Source: Macrostomum lignano (Eukaryota). Taken from it: a stretch of 64,000 nucleotides of DNA. The translations under genes were made by a program, and so were the position numbers. Of this stretch, positions 1-12,000 are shown one piece after another (within the stretch, counting starts at the first letter, position 1; every line of letters begins with the position of its first letter). Under the pieces are notes generated by a model, which saw only the letters and a list, made by a program, of their open reading frames with translations, was not told the origin of the DNA and searched no databases. The stretch spans positions 124,001-188,000 of the forward strand of contig NIVC01001061.1 of the NCBI GenBank assembly GCA_002269645.1, in the 5' to 3' direction.

Positions 1-1562
1 AAATCTCTTACTGGTAGCATTATTATTCTGCTGCTAGCATTTTTACTAGTTCTAGTAGCAATATATTTAGGCCCCCTAAATATGGCCTAAGCAGTATATT
101 GTTATTATTACTAGTATACATACTGCATATATTAGGCCTACTTCTAGTCCTGGGCATTCCCAAGATTAGAGGGTCATGGCCTCTGTATTCTATGTATATT
201 ATTATGCAATATGCATATCTACTTTGTATTCCTTTTCATTAGATGCTCTACTTATCACATCAGTAATATATACAGCACACAGTTCCTTCTACTTTACTAT
301 CATAAAATAAATCAAATTGGGGAATACTTTTTTAGATATTTTTTAACTCATTGGCCACTTCTTTTTCAATTGCAATGCTAATTCGAAGTCAAGCCAAGCT
401 TAAAATGACTGGGCTCTCTCTCACTGAAAATGAATTTATTTATACTAAATTTTTGACTTTATTAAACCTAATGAAATTTATTATTTTTATGCCTGGTACA
501 AAAATAAAATGCTTTTCAAAAAGTCAAAAATTTACTTGATTAGGCTTAGTTCTTGAGTAGGATAGGAAAATAAAGAGTGTCGAACCTATTTTAAATGTTT
601 TTTCAGTCTTTACAGTTGTAATTTTAATCTTGTCCCCTTGTCTTTCTTTGACTTTGTTTACTCCTGTCCTAGATATGACAAAAAATATTGATAATAATAG
701 TGAAAAGAAGACGATTTTAAATATTATTTAATGTTACAGTGAAAACATGACAAAGGATCGAGAAAATTTCCCGATCCCAATTCCAGAACCAGAACACAGT
801 TCTGAAAACGGAACAAGCAATATGAATTTTAAGCTCCGAATTGTGTGACGCGTGTGCGTACACTAAATTCGAATATAAACTCCAATTAAGCAACTTAGAT
901 AATGCTTGTTTATAAAAAATAGTATTTTCTACTCCCAGAGTCTAATTGAGTGTGCGTTTGTATAGCAATAAATGTATAATATACATGTAACTTTGTTTTA
1001 AGTACCGGTTCTAGAAGACAAATAATTGCGGAATCTTCGAAACGTTGCGATTACCAGAACCAGAATCATCTAAGAATAATCAGTACAACAGCACCAGCTT
1101 CTGTTCTAATATACAGTATTTTAGCCATATAAAAAGTACGTGGTGAAGTAAGAAATCAATACTGTACGTCTCCACCTCTAAAAAGTTATAAACAGATAAC
1201 GGTTAAACGTTTTGCTTTTCTAAATGGTTCTGGAATGGTTGTGGAATCAGAATCGACTATATTATTGGTCTTATTGAGCCATAAGCATTACATGGCCGCT
1301 CGGCCCTGCAGGTGGAGGCTAGGACTAGGACCATCGAAGAACTGCTGTTATTGCCTCAGCCAATTCTGACGGAAGCTACAGTCAGGCATGAGTCGCCTAA
1401 TTTGCACTAGGCCGCAACCCAATACTTGTTTTGAATTAGATATCATATGTAATTTCGAAACCGGGTACGAGCTAAGACTTAAATTTCACTACGGCTACTA
1501 AAAAGTAGCATAATGCAAAATGGAGCTATTTTTCACACTACCTTTATATAGTGTCTCGGCAG

Positions 1563-1645
1563 GGGCCCAGCAGGAGCAGTTCGGACGTAAACGCGCTTGG
1601 CTCTTGCGCCTAACGTACCCGGGTTCGATTCCGCGCGTGGGCCAC
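1563..1645 (+). mobile_element. tRNA-like SINE head or tRNA pseudogene
   Basis: GGCCCA...TGGGCC acceptor-like stem, an A-box-like segment and a B box GGTTCGATTCC (1622-1632). The anticodon loop is non-canonical. Confidence 0.35.
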
Positions 1646-2388
1646 TTTAATTTGGAGCTCCAGTCTCAGAGCTCCTGCAACAATTTTCAAACCTCGCCTG
1701 CTTTCAGACCAACCTTTCCAAGGTCCTTAGCGTGTACGAGCGTATATGCCTGATGGTGCACGACCTTGACCTGCAACCTAAGATCTATGTCTACACCTCA
1801 TTCGGGGGACTCTTCGAAGTTGAGAAAAGTCCTGTGTGTGAGCTGCGTTTGAAACGAGATAAACACAGAAGAATGTCAGCTATACCAGCACAGTTCCCAA
1901 AACCCAATCCTACTGAAGTCACTTTCGCACCTGGCAGAAGTTAGTTGGAAGGCTTTCCGCCCTCGTGTGCACAATGTACTATTATTATATTCTTTTTTAA
2001 CAACGCGACCGTTCCACGTAAGGCAGGGTTTAAGGCGAACAAAATGGCAAGGGATGACACAGCTTCTAAAGTCATCAACTTTCCCGACTTCCGTGTACAG
2101 CTAGAGGGCTGGCGGGCTGGAGGCCCGCGGGCTCTGCCTCCACGGTAGTAGCGAAGAAAAGGTCAAGCAGGGAGAGAGCCAGCAGCCATTTTTCTCTCCA
2201 AGCCTTAGTTAAGCGCTTCCACCCCAGCAGCAGCACATTTCGACTTTCAACCTAGGAATCTGAATAGGAGAGCCAGCTGTGCGCGCTCCCAATCCCTCAC
2301 ACGGCTGCTGCGTTGAAACTGCATGGAGATAAGTTTGAAAATCTATAGTGAACTGGCTGGGTGAGGGCGGGCGGTCGCATGGTAACTG

Positions 2389-4802
2389 TGTGTCTGTCGT
2401 TTCCATCTATACTTGTCTGTCCTTTCCATCTATACTTGTGTCTGTCCTTTCCATCTATACTTGTGTCTGTCGTTTCCATCTATACTTGTCTGTCCTTTCC
2501 ATCTATACTTGTCTGTCCTTTCCATCTATACTCGTCTGTCCTTTCCATCTATACTTGTGTCTGTGCTTTTCATCTATACTTGTGTCTGTCCTTTCCATCT
2601 ATACTTGTGTCTGTCCTTTCCATCTATACTTGTCTGTCCTTTCCATCTATACTCGTCTGTCCTTTCCATCTATACTTGTGTCTGTCCTTTCCATCTATAC
2701 TTGTCTGTCCTTTCCATCTATACTTGTGTCTGTGCTTTCCATCTATACTTGTGTCTGTGCTTTCCATCTATACTTGTGTCTGTGCTTTCCATCTATACTT
2801 GTCTGTCCTTTCCATCTATACTTGTGTCTGTCCTTTCCATCTATACTTGTCTGTCCTTTCCATCTATACTCGTCTGTCCTTTCCATCTATACTTGTGTCT
2901 GTGGTTTCCATCTATACTTGTGTCTGTGCTTTCCATCTATACTTGTGTCTGTCCTTTCCATCTATACTTGTGTCTGTGGTTTCCATCTATACTTGTGTCT
3001 GTGCTTTCCATCTATACTTGTCTGTCCTTTCCATCTATACTCGTCTGTCCTTTCCATCTATACTTGTGTCTGTGCTTTCCATCTATACTTGTGTCTGTGC
3101 TTTCCATCTATACTTGTCTGTCCTTTCCATCTATACTTGTGTCTGTCCTTTCCATCTATACTTGTGTCTGTCCTTTCCATCTATACTTGTGTCTGTCCTT
3201 TCCATCTATACTTGTCTGTCCTTTCCATCTATACTTGTGTCTGTCCTTTCCATCTATACTTGTGTCTGTCCTTTCCATCTATACTTGTCTGTCCTTTCCA
3301 TCTATACCCGTCTGTCCTTTCCATCTATACTTGTGTCTGTGCTTTCCATCTATACTTGTGTCTGTGCTTTCCATCTATACTTGTCTGTCCTTTCCATCTA
3401 TACTCGTCTGTCCTTTCCATCTATACTTGTGTCTGTGCTTTTCATCTATACTTGTGTCTGTCCTTTCCATCTATACTTGTGTCTGTCCTTTCCATCTATA
3501 CTTGTCTGTCCTTTCCATCTATACTCGTCTGTCCTTTCCATCTATACTTGTGTCTGTGCTTTCCATCTATACTTGTGTCTGTGCTTTCCATCTATACTTG
3601 TCTGTCCTTTCCATCTATACTTGTGTCTGTCCTTTCCATCTATACTTGTCTGTCCTTTCCATCTATACTCGTCTGTCCTTTCCATCTATACTTGTGTCTG
3701 TGCTTTCCATCTATACTTGTGTCTGTGCTTTCCATCTATACTTGTCTGTCCTTTCCATCTATACTTGTCTGTCCTTTCCATCTATACTTGTGTCTGTGCT
3801 TTCCATCTATACTTGTCTGTCCTTTCCATCTATACTTGTCTGTCCTTTCCATCTATACTTGTGTCTGTGCTTTCCATCTATACTTGTGTCTGTGCTTTCC
3901 ATCTATACTTGTGTCTGTCCTTTCCATCTATACTTGTGTCTGTGCTTTCCATCTATACTTGTGTCTGTGCTTTCCATCTATACTTGTGTCTGTGCTTTTC
4001 ATCTATACTTGTGTCTGTCCTTTCCATCTATACTTGTGTCTGTGCTTTCCATCTATACTTGTGTCTGTGCTTTCCATCTATACTTGTGTCTGTCCTTTCC
4101 ATCTATACTTGTGTCTGTCCTTTCCATCTATACTTGTGTCTGTCCTTTCCATCTACACTTGTGTCTGTGCTTTCCATCTATACTTGTCTGTCCTTTCCAT
4201 CTATACTTGTGTCTGTGCTTTCCATCTATACTTGTGTCTGTGCTTTCCATCTATACTTGTGTCTGTCCTTTCCATCTATACTTGTGTCTGTGCTTTCCAT
4301 CTATACTTGTGTCTGTGCTTTCCATCTATACTTGTGTCTGTGCTTTCCATCTATACTTGTGTCTGTGCTTTCCATCTATACTTGTCTGTCCTTTCCATCT
4401 ATACTTGTGTCTGTCCTTTCCATCTATACTTGTCTGTCGTTTCCATCTATACTTGTCTGTCCTTTCCATCTATACTTGTGTCTGTCCTTTCCATCTATAC
4501 TTGTGTCTGTCCTTTCCATCTATACTTGTCTGTCCTTTCCATCTATACTTGTCTGTCCTTTCCATCTATACTTGTCTGTCCTTTCCATCTATACTTGTGT
4601 CTGTCCTTTCCATCTATACTTGTGTCTGTCCTTTCCATCTATACTTGTGTCTGTCCTTTCCATCTATACTTGTGTCTGTCCTTTCCATCTATACTTGTCT
4701 GTCCTTTCCATCTATACTTGTCTGTCCTTTCCATCTATACTTGTGTCTGTCCTTTCCAAGGACAAGGACATACTTGTCTGTCCTTTCCATCTATACTTGT
4801 GT
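2389..4802. repeat. Minisatellite, 22/24-bp unit tctgtcctttccatctatacttg(tg), ~100 copies
   Basis: Direct inspection. Confidence 0.97.
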
Positions 4803-5351
4803 CAATTTTATCAATTCTTGTGTCTGTATTTTCCACCTTTTGAGTCTTTTTTCTATTTTGAATAGAACTGAATTGAAATGACGCTTGTACAGATGCAATA
4901 TGCAACAGAGTACAAGAGGGATGAACAATGTAAAATGTATTGACAACGAAAAGAATATGACGGAATTATCAGTCAGCACTCTGGGACTCAGTGAGGAGCG
5001 TCAGCTGGATACAATTGAGCACACACAGACAGACTCAATGCACAAAGAGCTGCTCGTTACTATTGCAGAAAAATGCTTTCTATTTAAACCTGAATAACAA
5101 TAAGGGCAAAAAGATTATAAATTGCATAAACGGTCTCGCACTCGTGCTATCAGCATGTTAACAGACCACACGGAGTGACTTAACAAACGCGATATTAAGT
5201 GGCGCATTCAGTTTAACTGTAAATAGTGCAGCAGACACAGCAACACAATTATCAACCGAAGTGCTTGATTTGGGGTCGCAAAACTACAAGAGTAATAATA
5301 GAACTTTTGAGGATTTTTAAATCGGCCTAAATAAATTTTTAGGAATCAGCC

Positions 5352-5985
5352 TTAAAAAAACTTCAGAAATCGGCCTTCATAACTAGCTAGGAATCGGCCT
5401 TCATAACTAGCTAGGAATCGGCCTTCATAACTAGCTAGGAATCAGCCGTTATAACTAGCTAGGAATCGGCCTTCATAACTAGCTAGGAATCGGCTTTCAT
5501 AACTAGCTAGGAATCGGCCTTCATAACTAGCTAGGAATCGGCCTTCATAACTAGCTAGGAATCAGCCGTTATAACTAGCTAGGAATCGGCCTTCATAACT
5601 AGCTAGGAATCGGCTTTCATAACTAGCTAGGAATCGGCCTTCATAACTAGCTAGGAATCGGCTTTCATAACTAGCTAGGAATCGGCCTTCATAACTAGCT
5701 AGGAATCGGCTTTCATAACTAGCTAGGAATCGGCCTTCATAAACTAGATTGAAATCGGCCTTTATAAACTAGATTGAAATCGGCCTTTATAAACTAGATT
5801 GAAATCGGCCTTTATAAACTAGATTGAAATCGGCCTTTATAAACTAGATTGAAATCGGCCTTTATAAACTAGATTGGAATCGGCCTTTATAAACTAGATT
5901 GAAATCGGCCTTCATAAACTAGATTGAAATCGGCCTTCATAAACTAGATTGAAATCGGCCTTCATAAACTAGATTGAAATCGGCC
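5352..5985. repeat. Compound minisatellite: 24-bp ggaatcggccttcataactagcta then 25-bp gaaatcggcctttataaactagatt
   Basis: Direct inspection; lies just downstream of the GON4L stop. Confidence 0.95.
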
Positions 5986-6075
5986 TGAAACAGAGTGATG
6001 ACACAGATGAAACAGACCATTAGAACGGAAAGTACATCAATAAAAGTACGTCACAGTTCGTATCCGAGACTCGGG

Positions 6076-9000
6076 TCACTCGTCGCAGTCGCTCAATTCG
6101 TCCATATCGGAGGTGGAGTACTCGGCGCCCTGGGCGGCCAGGTAGGAGCGCATCAGCAAGCGGAAGCGCTGCCGGACGCTTTCAACCGTACGATTGTCCA
6201 GCAGGCGCTCGCTCAGGCAGCGGAAAGCGCCGGAGGAGAAGCCGTTGGCCTGGCAGTGCTGAAGGATCGCCCGGTCCTCCGCCTCCGTCCAGGCTCGGTC
6301 AGCCAGGCGCCGCCTCGACGCCGACGGTTCGAACAGAGGCCGCCGACGCTCGGCCAGCTCGTATTCGTGCGGTGTCATGGCGGACGCCGGGCCGCACCGG
6401 GTTGTCGTCGAGGATTCGACCTCAACGACGGCGTTGGCGGCGCCGGCGTCAACAGAGGAAGAAGCGCCGGCGGCGGAAATCTCGTCGTTGTCTTCCTCGG
6501 CGTCCGCGTACAGCGCCGCGGCCCGGATGGTGACGGCGAAGGTCTCCTCGAGTAGGGCGGCCGACTCGGCGGTTCGATGCTGCTGACGATGCCGAGGCTG
6601 GCCGCCGCAGCCACCGCCGACGCCGCCGCCGCTTCCGGTGTTGTCTCTGCCGCTAGCGCCGCCACCACCGCCGCTGCTGCCGCTGCCGACGCCTCCAGTG
6701 GGTTGCTGGCGTCGCTGCTGGATCGAAGAAGCCGGCCGGTAGGCGGGGACCACCACCTCGGCGTCCACCTAAAGAAGCGGACATCGTTATACACGTGCAT
6801 AGGATCATAGATCTACTCATACTTTGGATTAAAGGGTCATGAAATAATTTATAAGATGAACAGATGACCCGAGATCACTTCGAGGTCATAGAGAGCCCGG
6901 AGGCAAGGGGTTATGACGACGCCTCGAGGTCATAGAGAGAAAAGTCATGACGTCCACTTGACGTCACACAGGTAGGTCATGGGGTCAAGTGGTCATGCGG
7001 TCAAGGGCTCAAGAGGTCAAGGGGTCATGAGGTCAAGGCTCATGAGACCAAGGGGTCATGAGGTCAAGGGGTCATGATGTCAATCGGTCATGAGCACAAG
7101 GGGTCATGAGGTCAGGGCTCATGAGACCAAGGGGTTATGAGGTCAAGGGGTCATGAGGTCAAGGGGTCATGAGACCAAGGGGTCATGAGGTCAGGGCTCA
7201 TGAGGTCAAGGGGTCATGAGGTCAAGGGGTCATGAGACCAAGGTGTCATGAGGCTACGAGATCCCTGGAGGTCACAGAGGTGGAAGAACACGATCAAGAG
7301 TTCGTGTAGCTCACTTGAGGCGCCGGTGGCAGATCCGATCTGGGACGGAACTCCGGCGGAAAGTGCACGCACGCGTAGTCATAGTGTCGCAGCCGGCGGG
7401 ACTCCAGCTTTTCAACTAGCAGCATGTGATGCCTGGACACCAGGGCGCAGTTGTCGCAGTGGCGAAGTACCCGACGTTCACCCGGAATGGTCGCGGCCGA
7501 ACTACCGGACTCCTTGGACTTCTGCGCCTCGGCTAGATTAGTCGGAGTAGTCACGTGACAGGCGCACGAACAGCTCAACGAGCGATCCTCGTGCAGGCCG
7601 AGGCTCTCCGGCAGGCATTCGAATACGCTGTCGCGGGGACGCCGAGCGAAATCCTCAGTGGACGGCGCCGCCGATGCCGTGGTCGCGGCAGAAGGCTGCG
7701 AAGACGTCAAGTCGACATACTCGAACGCGTCCCTGGACTCGGCAAAGTTGGGCACCTCGGGAAACTGGGACAGAGTCTCGGACAAGCAGTAGGGAAAGTA
7801 CTTGAACGTAGTGTCCAAATCGTCAATCAGCCTGGCTAGTCGGTTATCGTCGGGGATTGAACTGGCCGTGGACATCCAACGGGCCAGGGACTTTTCAAAT
7901 CTGTGCAGCACAATGGGCGATTTGCAGCGCTGCTCCCGCAGTTGGCGGTGAATCTTGCGGACAAGGCAGCGGTTGCGCCACACGCTCAGGTGGTCCGGCA
8001 GGGCGTCAACGAGGAGCGCCGTTTCCACGGAGACGAAACCGGCCAGCATGCTGCGGGAGCAGCCGGCGTGGGCAGGCAGAGCAGACAGCGCGGAGCGGTA
8101 GAAGCTCACCTGAGTAGGGAGGGGTGTGCGGAGTGGCGATCTCAGTAGCCTCAGTCCAGTCTCTAAGCAACGGAATGGCGAATCTCTAAGCTGCTGAATG
8201 GCGATTCTTTAGGCTGCTGAATGGCGAATCTCTAAGCTGCTGAATGGCGATTCTTTAGGCTGCTGAATGGCGATTCTTTAGGCTACTGAATGGCGATTCT
8301 CTAAGCTACTGAATGGCGATTCTTTAGGCTACTGAATGGCGATTCTTTAGGCTACTGAATGGCGAATCTCTAAGCTACTGAATGGCGATTCTTTAGGCTA
8401 CTGAATGGCGAATCTCTAAGCTACTGAATGGCGAATCTCTAAGCTACTGAATGGCGAATCTCTAAGCTACTGAATGGCGAATCTCTAAGCTACTGAATGG
8501 CGAATCTCTAAGCTACTGAATGGCGAATCTCTAAGCTACTGAATGGCGAATCTCTAAGCTACTGAATGGCGAATCTATAAGCTACTGAATGGCGAATCTC
8601 TAAGCTACTGAATGGCGAATCTCTAAGCTACTGAATGGCGAATCTCTAAGCTACTGAATGGCGAATCTCTAAGCTACTGAATGGCGAATCTCTAAGCTAT
8701 AGAAGGGCGATTTGTTAAACTAAACACAAGCAGCCGCCCTACCTGGTCCAAGTCGGGAGTCTCCGCCAGCCGGCCAATTGTCTGCAGCGCTTCCCAGTAG
8801 GCCTCCGGCGTCGAGCTCAGCTCTGTGCGCAGGCAACGCAGGAAGGCGGACGCAAATTCGATGTCGCGGTCGTCATCGGCGCCGCCGGATTCGCACAGGT
8901 CGTCAGTGACCAGCTGATCCAGATTCTCCTGGTCCAGGCGGCCGCTGCGGCCCGGTTTCCAGCTGAGAAGATGAACGCATGTTAGGGATTTTTATTCATA

Positions 9001-12000
9001 GGATTAAAAGCAATAGCCTTCATGCATTATTTCTCTGAATTATGATGGTAACTTCTGAGGTAATGAGAACAGTAAAATTCTTATCAAATGGATTCTGATC
9101 ACTTGCATCCTAATGTGTAGGATGGATCTTGGTCCCTAGGATTCTGATCCCCAGGATTCTGATCCCCAGGATTCTGATCGAGAAGATCCCTAGGATTCTG
9201 ATCCCCAGGATTCTGATCCCCAGGATTCTGATCCCCAGGATTCTGATCCCCAGGATTCTGATCCTCAGGATTCTGATCCCAGGATTCTGATCCCCAGGAT
9301 TCTGATCCCCAGGATTCTGATCCCCAGGATTCTGATCCCCAGGATTCTGATCCTCAGGATTCTGATCCCCAGGATTCTGATCCCCAGGATTCTGATCCCC
9401 AGGATTCTGATCCCCAGGATTCTGATCCCCAGGATTCTGATCCCCAGGATTCTGATCCTCAGGATTCTGATCCCCAGGATTCTGATCCCCAGGATTCTGA
9501 TCCCCAGGATTCTGATCCCCAGGATTCTGATCTCCAGGATTCTGATCCTAGATTGTGATCCCAAATTCTGATCCCCAGGATTCTGGTCCCAGATTGTGAT
9601 CCCAAATCCTGATCCCCAGGATTCTGATCCTAGATTGTGATCCCAAATTCTGATCCCCAGGATTCTGGTCCCAGATTGTGATCCCAAATCCTGATCCCTA
9701 TGAAGCGTTCCTCACCCTGGATACTTACCGACCGCGCCGCAGCTCTCTAAAGGTGTTAGACTGCAAAAACTCGGACAGATACGGCAAGCAACTAAGCGTC
9801 GGTATGGTCTCCGGCGATAAATCGACAGCGTCTTTATCGTCTATAACTGCATCATCGTCCAATTCCATTTTTGGTTGTGTCGCTGGCGGCTGGTTAGTGT
9901 CAACGGATAATTCTGCAGCAGCGATCGACGCTGGAGGCGGCGGCAACGGCGACTGAATCTGATAGTCGTCAGTCGCCGCTGCTGGCGCCGCCATGGCAAT
10001 AGCGTCGTCGGTCGGAAGGTCGGCGTTGCAGCCGGCCGGCGGACTAATCGACGTCTCCATGCAGTTGGTCGCCTGCAGACCTGATAGAAACGACAACAAC
10101 GATGAAGACGCCGATGACGCTTGCGACGACTGCAGGGCTAGAACTACGGCTGGCATATCCTGCTGCTGCTGCTGCTGCTGCTGCTGTACCTGCTGATCCC
10201 TGCGCCGGGAGCGCAGCTCGGACAGGATCAAATCCGATGCAATTTGACAAGTGTCGGCTGTAGACGCCTGCACAGACGGAGGCTTGGGTAGAATTAAGCG
10301 GCAGGATTTCGCCATGACGGCAGGCGGTGGCGGCGGCGGCGGTGGAGGCTGTGGCGGAGGCTGCGGCGGCATGTCAGATGAAGAGAAATTGCCCGACTTT
10401 ATCCGCATTCTACTCAGCAAGTAGTCTTTGACTTTCTTCTTAACCTGATTGGCGCACTCTGCAGAAGCGGTGTCTAAGATGGGCGGGGAGGGCAGCTGGG
10501 CTGGCGGCTGCTGCGAGCCCGACACGGACGAAATCCGTGGCATCAGCAGCCGAGTCGGCGAGCGGTCGTGCGGCCGGCGACCGCTGGCCAGCAGGGCCTG
10601 CCGAATGGTCATAGGGTGGCCGGAAACCCGCCGCCTCTTCGGACCGCGGCGTCGGCGCGGCAGCGACTGCGGCGGCGGATTCAACGACGCCGGAACAACC
10701 GCGGCCATCTGAGGATCGCGCCAGAGCAGTCGCACGCCTAGCAGCCGTTCGTGTCGCATATCTTTAAACAGTATCCGGCAGCGTTTGAACAGCTTGTTAG
10801 CCTGATCATTGGCGGTGTCCCGCTCCAGCGGGTTCGGCTCCGTTGGTTTCAGCAGCTGGCCGCGAAGGCGGGGCCGCTCAAGCAGCAGGTGCTGGCGGAA
10901 CAGCTGCGGTAGGTGGCACCAGTCGGCTGGTCGGTCCAGCACGCAGTCGGTTAGAATCGGCACGGAGTTGATCCAGTTCGATTGGCAAAAGTTCAAATCG
11001 ATTGAGTCCGGCTCAGACTGCTTAGGGTCGGGCGGCGGTGAGCTTGGGGCCGCGGACTTGCCCGCTTGGGGCTGGGATGCGGCTGAGAGCAGGTGCTGTC
11101 GCCGGCGTAGGCAGCTGATAATCAGGGATCTGTTCGGGTTTGAGTCGGCGTGGATTATTTTGATCCCCAGTGACTCATTTTGATCTCAAAGGTATTCCAT
11201 AGACATTGATCCCACAGATTCTGATCCCATAGAAATTGATCCCACAGATTCTGATCCCATAGATTCTGATCCCACAGACATTGATCCCACAGATTCTGAT
11301 CCCACAGACATTGATCCCACAGATTCTGATTCCACAGACATTGATCCCATAGATTCTGATCCCACAGACATTGATCATACAGATTCTGATTCCACAGATT
11401 CTGATCCCATAGAAATTGATCCCACAGATTCTGATCCCACAGACATTGATCCCACAGATTCTGATTCCACAGATTCTGATTCCACAGATTCTGATCCCAC
11501 AGATTCTGATCCCACAGACATTGATCCCACAGATTCTGATCCCACAGACATTGATCCCACAGATTCTGATCCCACAGACAGTGATCCCACAGATTCTGAT
11601 CCCACAGATTCTGATCCCACAGAAATTGATCCCACAGATTCTGATCCCACAGATTCTGATCCCATAGAAATTGATCCCACAGATTCTGATCCCATAGACA
11701 TTGATCCCACAGATTCTGATCCCACAGACATTGATCCCACAGATTCTGATCCCACAGATTCTGATCCCACAGATTCTGATCCCATAGACATTGATCCCAC
11801 AGATTCTGATCCCACAGATTCTGATCCCACAGATTCTGATCCCACAGATTCTGATCCCACAGATTCTGATCCCACAGATTCTGATCCCACAGATTCTGAT
11901 CCCATAGACATTGATCCCACAGATTCTGATCCCACAGATTCTGATCCCACAGATTCTGATCCCACAGATCCTGATACCACAGATCCTGATCCCACAGATC

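Noticed and set aside
2348-4881. Three ~830-aa ORFs on the plus strand
   Set aside because: They are translations of a 22/24-bp minisatellite that lacks stop triplets; all three frames are open and give permuted repeats.
5995-11183. Plus-strand ORFs overlapping GON4L exons (also seen over IDH3, the GPCR, the LINE and the CCP gene)
   Set aside because: Antisense or alternate-frame shadows of GC-rich coding exons, with no recognisable domains.
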